Origin: a candidate division WOR-3 bacterium
GTDB lineage: Bacteria > Hydrothermota > UBA3072 > B12-G15
Assembly: GCA_965649055.1 (NCBI GenBank)
Contig: CBFGJG010000010.1
Span: forward strand, 1 to 55,415
Reading direction: 5' to 3'
Length of the DNA: 55,415 nucleotides
The translations under genes were made by a program, and so were the position numbers. This document shows positions 33,575 through 42,105 of the stretch, in pieces (positions within the stretch are counted from its first letter, which is position 1; every line of letters starts with the position of its first letter). The notes under the pieces are model-generated. The model saw nothing but the letters and a program-made list of their open reading frames with translations. It was not told the DNA's origin and made no database searches.

Positions 33575-34504
33575 TTAGACCTCCAAGCTTATATATCTTA
33601 AAATGTTCTCTTTACTAACATTTCTTTCAAAATAAAAATTGGCATTTTTTATCACATCCAGCATATGTTCAATCTTCTCCAAACTCAAATTTTTTCTATT
33701 TCTGTCAATAAGTTTTAGCAATAAATTAATCAAAACACCTGGAGAAATTTCCGAAATCTTATCAAATTCCTTAATTCTTTCTTCCCTGCTTTTTTCAAAG
33801 AAAAAGATATACAAATTTTTGAATAAGTCAAGATTATCTTTTAAAAACATATAATCTTCAATACCTCTTGAATATTCAATGAGTTCTTCATTTATATCTA
33901 TATTCAATTTTTTTAAAACTTTCATTATTTCATCTTTTTTCAGTGGCTTGAAATAGATACTGGTTCCTCTTGAACGAATAGTTTCTATAAGCATATTTTT
34001 GTGTTCTGTTATAAGAATGAAGATATTTTCCGGATTGGGCTCCTCAAGAATTTTTAAAAATGCCTGATTTGCTTCATCTGTCATCCTTTCTGCCTGAACT
34101 ATGACAAAGAATCTATAACCACCCGAGAATGTCGTCAAAGATGCATTCCTTATTATCTCCCTTATATCTTCTATGAAAATATTACCTGCTTCATTACTTA
34201 ATTTATGATAATTCCCCGAGATTTTCATCTGGAATATCTCTTCAATATCAACATCTTTGAAATGTGGGAAGATAGTTATGAAATCAGGAAATCTATTTTT
34301 CAATATAAGTTCACCTTTACCTGTAAGGGTTGAAGCAAAATTTACAGCAAGTGTAAATTTACCAACACCTGGTGGTCCCCAGAATATTAAAGTATTAGGG
34401 AACCTTTTATTTCTTATAAAAGATTCTATAATCCTTTTTGGGATTTCCTGTCCAAAAAACTCATTAACTTCCAAGATAGTGCATTGGGTCAACTGGTTGT
34501 CCAT
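33575..34504 (-). CDS. holB: DNA polymerase III delta-prime subunit
   Basis: GPPGVGK, ANQAFLKILEEP, TIRSR; true start may be TTG at 34474. Confidence 0.85.
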   Translation of the reverse strand: MDNQLTQCTILEVNEFFGQEIPKRIIESFIRNKRFPNTLIFWGPPGVGKFTLAVNFASTLTGKGELILKNRFPDFITIFPHFKDVDIEEIFQMKISGNYHKLSNEAGNIFIEDIREIIRNASLTTFSGGYRFFVIVQAERMTDEANQAFLKILEEPNPENIFILITEHKNMLIETIRSRGTSIYFKPLKKDEIMKVLKKLNIDINEELIEYSRGIEDYMFLKDNLDLFKNLYIFFFEKSREERIKEFDKISEISPGVLINLLLKLIDRNRKNLSLEKIEHMLDVIKNANFYFERNVSKENILRYISLEV

Positions 34505-35546
34505 TCCTTCTTATTTCAAAATGTAGTTGTGGTTCATCAAGTGAACCTGTATCACCAACAAGTCCCACTATATCTCCCTGTCTTAGATTATTCCCGACTT
34601 CAACGGATATTGTTGAAAGGTGTGCATAAAGTGAAATAAAACCATTCCCGTGGTCAACTATCACCATTTTTCCGTATCCTAAAAAATTATCCGCAAACAC
34701 AACCTTTCCATCTGCAACAACCTTAACATTCTCACCGAATGATGCTGCGATATCTATTCCGTTATTCTTTGTAATAGTCCCATATTTTGGGTCTTTCTTA
34801 AATCCGAATTTTCCGACAATCTTTCCTTCAACAGGGAAGATTAATTTTGTTTTGAAAAAGTCGACATTCCCCTTTTCCTGTTTTGGTAAAGATGCAATCA
34901 GTTTTTTTAAGTCCTGTTCTGCCTTCTCAAGTTCCTTAGCCATAATTTCAGCCTGTTCCCTTTTTGAAGAGATTTCAGAAAGAAAATCCTTTTTCCCTCT
35001 AAGTGTCTTCTTGAGGTTCTCCTCTTCTATCTCGGCTTCCACCTTCAATTCATCAAGGTCTTCAAGTTTTGTAAGGAGTATCTTCCTTTTTTCATCAAGG
35101 AGCCCTTTTATCCTTTTTATTTCTTTAAGTATCCTTAAATCCTGCTCAGCAATTATTGAAAGATATTTCATCCTCTTCATAGCATCATCAAAGGAATATG
35201 ATAAAAGGATAACTGCAAGTGGATGAAGTTTCCCATATTTATATATATTTCGAACCCTTTTTGCAAGTATAACTTTTTTTTGCTTCAAATTATAATCAAG
35301 TTCAACAACAAGGTTTTCTATCTCTTTTATCTCTTCTTGTAGGAACATTGTCTGCTTTTTCAATTCATCCACAAGTTTTCTTGTTAATGTAATCTCATTA
35401 TCTATTTCCTGTATGCTTCTTAAAATACCTAATTCCCTGACCTTAAGTTCCTGGACATTCTTCCTCTGTTCGTTAAGTTTCTTCCTTATCTCTTCTAATT
35501 TCTTCTCAGGTTCCTGAGATATCAATAAAAGTAATATTAGTAACAA
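34464..35546 (-). CDS. EnvC-like murein hydrolase activator (coiled coil plus degenerate M23 domain)
   Basis: Long coiled coil; M23 with NNGID and PQLHFE lacking the Zn-binding His residues of HxxxD/HxH. Confidence 0.85.
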   Translation of the reverse strand: MLLILLLLISQEPEKKLEEIRKKLNEQRKNVQELKVRELGILRSIQEIDNEITLTRKLVDELKKQTMFLQEEIKEIENLVVELDYNLKQKKVILAKRVRNIYKYGKLHPLAVILLSYSFDDAMKRMKYLSIIAEQDLRILKEIKRIKGLLDEKRKILLTKLEDLDELKVEAEIEEENLKKTLRGKKDFLSEISSKREQAEIMAKELEKAEQDLKKLIASLPKQEKGNVDFFKTKLIFPVEGKIVGKFGFKKDPKYGTITKNNGIDIAASFGENVKVVADGKVVFADNFLGYGKMVIVDHGNGFISLYAHLSTISVEVGNNLRQGDIVGLVGDTGSLDEPQLHFEIRRNGQPVDPMHYLGS

Positions 35547-35555
35547 TTTTCTTCC

Positions 35556-35657
35556 TTATTCAGTTTTTAATGCCTGTTTCTTCTTTTCTAATCTTCTTTT
35601 TCTTTTCAGATTTCTTAAATGTTTCATTCTTTTCTGTTTACTTTTTGACCTTGCCAT
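35556..35657 (-). CDS. Small basic protein, 33 aa (MARSKSKQKRMKHLRNLKRKRRLEKKKQALKTE)
   Basis: Not in ORF track; AAGGAGG SD just upstream; co-oriented within the era-envC operon. Confidence 0.65.
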   Translation of the reverse strand: MARSKSKQKRMKHLRNLKRKRRLEKKKQALKTE

Positions 35658-35665
35658 ATTCCTCC

Positions 35666-35785
35666 TTATCCTAAGAGTTTTTCATCTGTTTTTAATAGAA
35701 ATTCAGGTATTCTTCCCAAAAATCTGAAAGGAGATTTCAAAAAAAGAATAAATAGTAATGATAGGATAAAATTCCTTCTATCCAT
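35666..35785 (-). CDS. Small protein, 39 aa, with twin-arginine-like N-terminus (MDRRNFILSLLFILFLKSPFRFLGRIPEFLLKTDEKLLG)
   Basis: ATG overlaps the era stop (ATGGATAG); its stop overlaps the SD of the next small ORF; fills the gap exactly. Confidence 0.5.
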   Translation of the reverse strand: MDRRNFILSLLFILFLKSPFRFLGRIPEFLLKTDEKLLG

Positions 35786-36629
35786 AATAACCAAATCTCC
35801 TTACAAGTTCTTCGTCCTTTCTCCAGTTCTTCTTAACCTTCACCCATAGTTCTATAAATACTTTCTTCCCTAAAAAATGTTCTATAGATTCCCTCGCCAG
35901 GATTCCAACCTTCTTTATCTTTTCACCATCCTTACCAATCAGTATACCCTTCTGGGATTCCTTTTCAACTATGATATTTGCCTTTATATAATTATCCCTC
36001 ATTTCTTCAATTTCAACAGCACAGGAATAGGGAATTTCCTGCCCATAAACATAATAAAGTTTTTCCCTTATAAATTCAGAAACGAAGAACGACAATGGCC
36101 TATCAGATATCTGGTCATCAAAAAATAGTTTCTCACCTTCAGGAAGATATTTCTTTGTAGTATCAATGAGTTCCATAACATTTATATTTTTCAATGCACT
36201 AACAGGGAATATCTCATCAAAACCATAGTCTTTGTATCTCTCGATGATTGGTAAAAGCAGATTCTTCTCAATCTTATCAATCTTATTTATCAGTAGAAAC
36301 TTCTTGTTCTCTTTTATCTTTTTGTATGCATTCTCATCTATTTCTTGGTCATAAATGTCAATCATATAGTAAACAATATCCGTATCTACAAGGGTGAATT
36401 TAATAGATTCAGCCATTGCCTTCTCAAGTTCGTTTTTTGGTTCAAATATTCCGGGTGTATCAACAAATGCTATCTGTGCATCTTCTGTATTAAGAACACC
36501 CATAATCCTATGCCTTGTTGTCTGTGGTTTTGGAGAGACTATAAAAAGATTCGTCTTCAAAATAGTATTAAGCAATGTTGATTTACCAACATTTGTTTTT
36601 CCTATTACTGCTACGATTCCGACTTTCAT
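35778..36629 (-). CDS. era: GTPase Era
   Basis: GKTNVGKST, KPQTTR, DTPG, NKID, EIPYS, KH domain. Confidence 0.97.
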   Translation of the reverse strand: MKVGIVAVIGKTNVGKSTLLNTILKTNLFIVSPKPQTTRHRIMGVLNTEDAQIAFVDTPGIFEPKNELEKAMAESIKFTLVDTDIVYYMIDIYDQEIDENAYKKIKENKKFLLINKIDKIEKNLLLPIIERYKDYGFDEIFPVSALKNINVMELIDTTKKYLPEGEKLFFDDQISDRPLSFFVSEFIREKLYYVYGQEIPYSCAVEIEEMRDNYIKANIIVEKESQKGILIGKDGEKIKKVGILARESIEHFLGKKVFIELWVKVKKNWRKDEELVRRFGYYG

Positions 36630-36637
36630 CTTATTAT

Positions 36638-36666
36638 ATTTTATTTTAACAAAATAGTTTTGTCAA
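36638..36666 (-). promoter_or_regulatory. sigma70-type promoter of era, probably leaderless
   Basis: Minus strand TTGACA-17-TAAAAT, 8 nt to ATG, no SD. Confidence 0.6.
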
Positions 36667-36684
36667 TACACCTTTATAAGAAAA

Positions 36685-38319
36685 TCATTCTTCATTCATA
36701 AATGGATATCTATAATTTAATGGTGGTGCAAATGTCTCTTTAATTGCCCTTGGTGATATCCATCTATAAAGGTTCAGCTTACTCCCAGCCTTGTCGTTCG
36801 TTCCAGAAGCCCTTGAACCACCAAATGGTTGTTGTGCAACAACTGCACCTGTTGGTTTATCATTTATATAGAAATTACCTGCTGCATGTGTTAAAATCTT
36901 TTCTGCAAGTATTATACCTTCCCTTTTCTGTGCAAAAACTGCTCCTGTTAACCCATATGGTGATGTTTCATTACACAAATGTAAAGCCTTTTCGTATTCA
37001 TTATCCTTATAAACATAGATTGTTATAACAGGTCCAAATATCTCTTCAACCATTGTTTTGTATTTTGGATTTGAAGTAAGTATTATAGTAGGTCTTATAA
37101 AGTATCCTTCTTTATCATCATAAGAACCACCAGCAATTATCTTTGCATCGTTAGAATTCCTTGCTTCATCAATGTATTTTGTGATGGAATCAAATGCCTT
37201 TTTATCAATAACTGCAGACATAAAGTTCCTGAAGTCTTCAGGTGAACCCATCTTTATACCTTCTGTTGTCTCTATAAGTTCGTCTTTGAACTCACTATTC
37301 CATATGCTTTCAGGGATATAAGCCCTTGATGCAGCAGAGCATTTCTGTCCCTGATATTCAAATGCACCACGGATTATTGCAGTAAGAAGTGCCTTTCTAT
37401 CTGCGCACGGGAATGCAAAAATAAAGTCTTTTCCGCCTGTCTCACCAACAATCCTTGGATAAGTCTTGTAATTATGTATATTATTTCCTATTGTCCTCCA
37501 CATATTCTGGAATGTTGAAGTGGAACCTGTGAAATGAACACCTGCAAGATTCGGATTTGAAAGAATAACATCACCTATAACAGCACCATCTGAAGGGACA
37601 AAGTTTATAACACCTTCAGGTAATCCTGCATCCATAAAAACCTTCATAATCCAGTATGCCGAATAAACAGCAGAAGATGCGGGTTTCCACAGGACAACAT
37701 TCCCGAGCATAGCAGGTGTTGAAGGAAGATTTCCTGCAATTGATGCAAAGTTAAATGGTGTTACAGCAAATACAAATCCTTCAAGCGGTCTATATTCCAT
37801 CCTGTTATATGCTGATTTCAATGTTATGGGCTGGTCAGAATAAATCTCTGTCATAAAATATGCATTGAATCTGAAGAAATCAACGAGTTCACATACGATA
37901 TCTATCTCTGCCTGGAAGATAGTCTTGCTCTGACAATGCATACATGCTGCATTCATCGTTGCCCTTAATGGTCCAGACATCATCTCTGCTGCTTTAAGGA
38001 ATATAGAAGCACGATGTTCATAAGGCATCTTTTCCCACTCTTTCTGTGCCTTAAGAGCTGCATCTATAGCCATCTCTATCTCTTTCTGACCTGCCTTATG
38101 ATATTTACCAAGTATTTTTTTATTCTCGTGTGGTATTATGCAATTACCAAGATTTCCCGTCCTTATTTCCTTACCACCTATTATAAGTGGTATCTCAATC
38201 TCTTTTTCTTTTAATTCTTTAAGTTTTGCTTTAACTGCCTTTTTTTCAGGGCTTCCAGGCCCATATTCAAGCACAGGCTCATTTGTTGGTCTTTCAAACC
38301 TCAATATATTATTACCCAT
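36685..38319 (-). CDS. pruA: L-glutamate gamma-semialdehyde (P5C) dehydrogenase
   Basis: NEPVLEY, FTGSTSTF, GETGGKDF, FEYQGQKCSA, NFYINDKPTGAVV. Confidence 0.95.
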   Translation of the reverse strand: MGNNILRFERPTNEPVLEYGPGSPEKKAVKAKLKELKEKEIEIPLIIGGKEIRTGNLGNCIIPHENKKILGKYHKAGQKEIEMAIDAALKAQKEWEKMPYEHRASIFLKAAEMMSGPLRATMNAACMHCQSKTIFQAEIDIVCELVDFFRFNAYFMTEIYSDQPITLKSAYNRMEYRPLEGFVFAVTPFNFASIAGNLPSTPAMLGNVVLWKPASSAVYSAYWIMKVFMDAGLPEGVINFVPSDGAVIGDVILSNPNLAGVHFTGSTSTFQNMWRTIGNNIHNYKTYPRIVGETGGKDFIFAFPCADRKALLTAIIRGAFEYQGQKCSAASRAYIPESIWNSEFKDELIETTEGIKMGSPEDFRNFMSAVIDKKAFDSITKYIDEARNSNDAKIIAGGSYDDKEGYFIRPTIILTSNPKYKTMVEEIFGPVITIYVYKDNEYEKALHLCNETSPYGLTGAVFAQKREGIILAEKILTHAAGNFYINDKPTGAVVAQQPFGGSRASGTNDKAGSKLNLYRWISPRAIKETFAPPLNYRYPFMNEE

Positions 38320-38502
38320 TTAAAACCTCCTTATTTATTTTTTTGTTTAATGATATAAACCATCAAGAAAAAATCAAGGAATATTTTATAAAAATTTAGG
38401 TTCACTTCTTTTATCCTGAAATTTAAAAATCCCTTCTTTAACAAAAATCAACATCTTCAGGACAGGGCAAAAATTGTTGAAAAATATTAAGGCGTATGAA
38501 TC

Positions 38503-39180
38503 TCAGTTTTCAAGATCAAAAGTTGAAAGTTTATGACTGACCCTACCTTCTTCTAAAAAAATTGTTCTTGTGCATGTCTCTTTTATAAGACCAATATCGT
38601 GTGATGCTATTATTACTGTTTCTTTAAGATTCTTTATTATATCTATCATCTTCCTTCTTATCTTTGGTGAGAGATTTGCAGTTGGTTCATCAAGGATTAT
38701 AATCCTTGGCTTCATTGATAATATTGTCGCTATTGCAACCCTTTTCTTCTCACCCAGGCTTAAATGGTAAGGGGAACGATGCTCAAAACCTTCAAGTTCA
38801 ACCAGACTTAATGCTTCTTTCACCCTTTCTTTTACTTCTTCTTTTTTTAGCCCCATATTTAGTGGACCATATGCAACATCATCAAATACATTTGTTGAAA
38901 ATAACTGGTCATCAGGTTCCTGAAAGACAAGACCAACCATTTTTCTTATCTCCTTGATATTTCTGTTATCAAGAATCCTATCAAATATCCATATCTCACC
39001 TTCACCTTTAAGTATACCATTAAGGTGTAAAAGGAGTGTTGTTTTGCCAGAACCATTCTCACCGATAATCCCTATCTTCTCACCTTCATAAACCTGAAGG
39101 TCTATACCTTTCAGGACATAATTTCCATCAGGATATCTGTAATGCAGATTTTTAATCCTTATAGCAGTTTTATTCTCCAT
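38503..39180 (-). CDS. nikO: ECF transporter ATPase NikO/CbiO; last residues encoded by a repeat copy
   Basis: GENGSGKT, LSLGEKKRVAIA, ILDEPT, SHD; C-terminal RVSHKLSTF is read from the 28-bp repeat at 38518-38545. Confidence 0.88.
   Translation of the reverse strand: MENKTAIRIKNLHYRYPDGNYVLKGIDLQVYEGEKIGIIGENGSGKTTLLLHLNGILKGEGEIWIFDRILDNRNIKEIRKMVGLVFQEPDDQLFSTNVFDDVAYGPLNMGLKKEEVKERVKEALSLVELEGFEHRSPYHLSLGEKKRVAIATILSMKPRIIILDEPTANLSPKIRRKMIDIIKNLKETVIIASHDIGLIKETCTRTIFLEEGRVSHKLSTFDLEN
38518..38545 (+). repeat. 28-bp GGGGTCAG-family repeat, distal copy
   Basis: AAAAGTTGAAAGTTTATGACTGACCCTA; 26/28 identical to the copy at 48387-48414. Confidence 0.85.
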
Positions 39181-39884
39181 AATCTCACGCATATTAATAC
39201 AGAAATTGATAAAATCAATGATATATAGTCTCTCTTTGAAAATCTCAATTCATTCATAGTTATAATCTCACCATTAAATCCCCTTGCGAGCATCGAATTA
39301 TAAATCCTTTCAGCCCTCTCATAAGACCTTATAAAAAGAACACCAATGATATTACCGAATACTTTTATTTGATTTATTATCCTTCCACCAAAGTATCTTG
39401 TATCCCTTGCCATTTTTAACTTCAACATCTCATCCATTATAACAAAAAGATATCTGAACATAAAAGAAAGCATCTGAATAAATATATCCGGTATCTTCAT
39501 CCTCTCAAGCCCTTTTAAAAGGCTTACAAAATCAGTTGTTGATGATAGCAAAATCATAGAAAGAATGGATAGGAATGTTCTTATTGCGATATTGTAAAAT
39601 ATAATAATCCCATCTTCCCTGAAAAATATATTGAATATAGAAATAAGGAGGACAAAAGGGATAATAACAAGCGACCTTGAAAATATATAACCCAATGGAA
39701 CATTTGATATAAGGATTAAAATAATTATAATGAAAAAATAAATGAGAAAACTTATGTAATCATTATTACCTGTTGTAATAATGTTTAATATAATTATTAT
39801 TGCGATTATGAATTTTACCCTTGGGTCAAGGGAATGAAGAAAACTTTTCCTATCAGAAAATCTGTCTATGAAAGAATGTCTCAT
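39159..39884 (-). CDS. nikQ: ECF transporter T component NikQ/CbiQ
   Basis: LDPRVK, FMFRY, RSYERAERIYNSMLARGF; start at 39884 gives an ATGA overlap. Confidence 0.88.
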   Translation of the reverse strand: MRHSFIDRFSDRKSFLHSLDPRVKFIIAIIIILNIITTGNNDYISFLIYFFIIIILILISNVPLGYIFSRSLVIIPFVLLISIFNIFFREDGIIIFYNIAIRTFLSILSMILLSSTTDFVSLLKGLERMKIPDIFIQMLSFMFRYLFVIMDEMLKLKMARDTRYFGGRIINQIKVFGNIIGVLFIRSYERAERIYNSMLARGFNGEIITMNELRFSKRDYISLILSISVLICVRLWRIKLL

Positions 39885-40165
39885 TTTCTCTTTATTATCA
39901 AAGAACCGGCAAGGAATGAAACACAAAATGTTATAACGGTCCCTATTATACCTGCTATTGATGTGCTTAATCTTTCGTTCTTAATGAATGGTAATGAATA
40001 ATCAGGTATAGGTGAATTTATCAAGGTCTTACCTTCCTGTTTTGATATAAATCCTTTATCTTCTGCAACCCTTTCAAGACCATCAGGTGAACTTGAAGCA
40101 AAAGGTGAAATGAAGAACGCAAGTATTAAAGAAACTACAAAAAATAAAATAAAGAAATTTCTCAT
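39881..40165 (-). CDS. nikN: PDGLE-domain protein NikN
   Basis: ASSSPDGLE, PIPDY, two TM segments. Confidence 0.88.
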   Translation of the reverse strand: MRNFFILFFVVSLILAFFISPFASSSPDGLERVAEDKGFISKQEGKTLINSPIPDYSLPFIKNERLSTSIAGIIGTVITFCVSFLAGSLIIKRK

Positions 40166-40177
40166 TTTTCCCCCTTT

Positions 40178-40816
40178 TTAAAATTTCTGAATCTCAAGTA
40201 AATCCTTCCTTGTCTTCATTATGAATAAAATGACTATTGTTGTTATCACACCTTCACCAATCCCTATAACCATATGTATAAAAGCCATAGCAGGTAATGA
40301 CACATTTATAGGTGTTGTTCCTGATAAAGCAAGCTGTATTGCACAGGATACACTTGCAAGAACAATCGCAAACCATGAACCTAAAAACCCACCTATAAAT
40401 AATCCTTTCTCATTCCTTAAAAGTTTTCTAAAAAAAAGATAGATAAAGAAACCTGAAAAAGAACCTATTATTCCCATATTGAAGATATTTGCACCTAAAG
40501 CAAGTATCCCGCCATCCTGGAATAATATCGACTGAATTATTAAGACAATTGTCATTATTATACTTCCTGTAAAAGGACCAAGAAGGATTGAAGCGAGTGT
40601 AGAACCCATAAAATGTCCTGATGTTCCACCAAGAACAGGAAAGTTCAACATCTGTGCAGCAAATATAAATGCAGATACAACACCTGTAAGAGGTATCCTT
40701 TTTTCGAAATCCGTCTTTTTATTTATCCTTGAAATTCCATATCCTATAAAACCCGCTGATATTACATTGAATGTAATCATTGTTTTTGTATCAAGAAAAC
40801 CATCAGGTATATGCAT
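40178..40816 (-). CDS. nikM: ECF transporter S component NikM/CbiM
   Basis: MHIPDGF metal-binding N-terminus, GTSGH, QDGG.LALGAN, HMVIGIGEG. Confidence 0.92.
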   Translation of the reverse strand: MHIPDGFLDTKTMITFNVISAGFIGYGISRINKKTDFEKRIPLTGVVSAFIFAAQMLNFPVLGGTSGHFMGSTLASILLGPFTGSIIMTIVLIIQSILFQDGGILALGANIFNMGIIGSFSGFFIYLFFRKLLRNEKGLFIGGFLGSWFAIVLASVSCAIQLALSGTTPINVSLPAMAFIHMVIGIGEGVITTIVILFIMKTRKDLLEIQKF

Positions 40817-40824
40817 AGAGCCTC

Positions 40825-41442
40825 CTAAAAGTTAAATGTTAATCCGGATGTTATCTTTATTTCTCTGTCATTGTTCATGGAAAAACCGATATCAGTTGAA
40901 AGTTTTTCAAACAAACTTAATCTTAAGCCAATAAGACCTTCAAATACAGATTCATCCGAAACCTTTGAAATAAAAATATCAGAACAAAAATTTAATTTTT
41001 CTTTTAAAGGTAATTCAATCGCAAATGAACCTGAAAAATTTTTAACATCAAATATATAAGCAATGTTGAGATGCCCAATAACATAACCAAAATCCTTTGA
41101 TAATATGAGATTAATACCGAATTCCCTGGATAAAACATTTTTTAAACCTAAAGATATATCAGGGATTTTTTCATTATCCTTCAATATTCCGCATTTGAAA
41201 ATTAATTCAGGTTTCCCGAAGGATTCAAAATCATAAGGCAGTGAAACACCAATATCAAACCTGTCAGTCAATCCATGCTTTAATTGCAGATAGGTTTCCC
41301 TTGACCATTCACCAGACCTTGTTAAATCAAAACCAAACTCAAATTCAAAAAGACCTTTTTCAACAATCCCTGCATCATCCGTTATCAAAGGACGGGCTGC
41401 AAAAACAAAAACCGGGATAAAAAACAAAAGAATAAACCTCAT
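40825..41442 (-). CDS. Putative outer-membrane beta-barrel ('transporter' family)
   Basis: Signal peptide ending VFA, ARPLITDDAGIVEKG.FEFE start, alternating beta-strands, terminal GLTFNF. Confidence 0.7.
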   Translation of the reverse strand: MRFILLFFIPVFVFAARPLITDDAGIVEKGLFEFEFGFDLTRSGEWSRETYLQLKHGLTDRFDIGVSLPYDFESFGKPELIFKCGILKDNEKIPDISLGLKNVLSREFGINLILSKDFGYVIGHLNIAYIFDVKNFSGSFAIELPLKEKLNFCSDIFISKVSDESVFEGLIGLRLSLFEKLSTDIGFSMNNDREIKITSGLTFNF

Positions 41443-41455
41443 AAATCCTCCTTTT

Positions 41456-41481
41456 TATTACATTTTTTAAATTTTGTAATA
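41456..41481. promoter_or_regulatory. Putative NikR operator 1
   Basis: TATTACA-N12-TGTAATA immediately upstream of the OMP-nikMNQO SD. Confidence 0.75.
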
Positions 41482-41502
41482 CATAATAATAAAAAAAATT
41501 AT

Positions 41503-41907
41503 TCATAAAATCCTTGTTATGCTTAGCGAGCAGTGTTTAACACCTTTTATATTCCTTATATTATCCATCAGTTCTTCTATATCTTTTCCATCGCCTTTTA
41601 CGACGATAACTTCAAGGCAGTTTTCTTCATCAAGGTGTATGTGTAAGGTCGAAAGTATCATCTTATGTCTTGAATGTTGAACATCAGTTAATCTGCTTTT
41701 CAAATCCCTTCTATGATGGTGATATAAAATTGTTATAACACCAAAGACATCCTTACCTGAAACATATTCCTTCTTTATTATCTCGTTTCTTATAATATCT
41801 GTTATTGCCATAGATTTTGTCTTGTATTTTTTCTCTTTTATAAAATCTTCAAATCTTTTTAACAATTCTTCATCTATGGAGAATGATACACTCTTCCTCT
41901 TTATCAT
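41503..41907 (-). CDS. nikR: Nickel-responsive regulator NikR
   Basis: RHH N-terminus; VQH...HIHLDEENCLEV nickel ligands intact. Confidence 0.95.
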   Translation of the reverse strand: MIKRKSVSFSIDEELLKRFEDFIKEKKYKTKSMAITDIIRNEIIKKEYVSGKDVFGVITILYHHHRRDLKSRLTDVQHSRHKMILSTLHIHLDEENCLEVIVVKGDGKDIEELMDNIRNIKGVKHCSLSITRIL

Positions 41908-41916
41908 ATTCTTTCC

Positions 41917-41944
41917 TTATTACAAATATAAAATAATGTAATAA
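41917..41944. promoter_or_regulatory. Putative NikR operator 2 (autoregulation)
   Basis: TTATTACA-N12-TGTAATAA between the nikR -35 (TGTCAA 41952-41957) and its start codon. Confidence 0.75.
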
Positions 41945-42008
41945 AAAAATTTGTCAATTTTTTTCTTGACAAAAATATTTTAAAAAATAAATTTAATATA
42001 CGAAAACA

Positions 42009-42058
42009 GGATGGAAAAATTCATGAAAGGGGGTGATGATTTTGAATTTATTCCATCC
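42009..42058 (+). promoter_or_regulatory. Hairpin in the 5' leader of the 1.5-kaa secreted protein gene
   Basis: GGATGGAA-AAATTCA pairs with TGAATTT-A-TTCCATCC; 19-nt loop containing AAAGGGGGTGA; TTGACA at 41966. Confidence 0.5.
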
Positions 42059-42105
42059 AGAGGTTTATTGTTTTTAGGTTTAAAAACTTAAAAATGGAGG
42101 TTTTT

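Noticed and set aside
34464..35546. Loss of Zn ligands in the M23 domain as a novelty
   Set aside because: Normal for EnvC-type amidase activators
38330..38502. Possible gene remnant between pruA and nikO
   Set aside because: Only short open frames with no recognisable similarity
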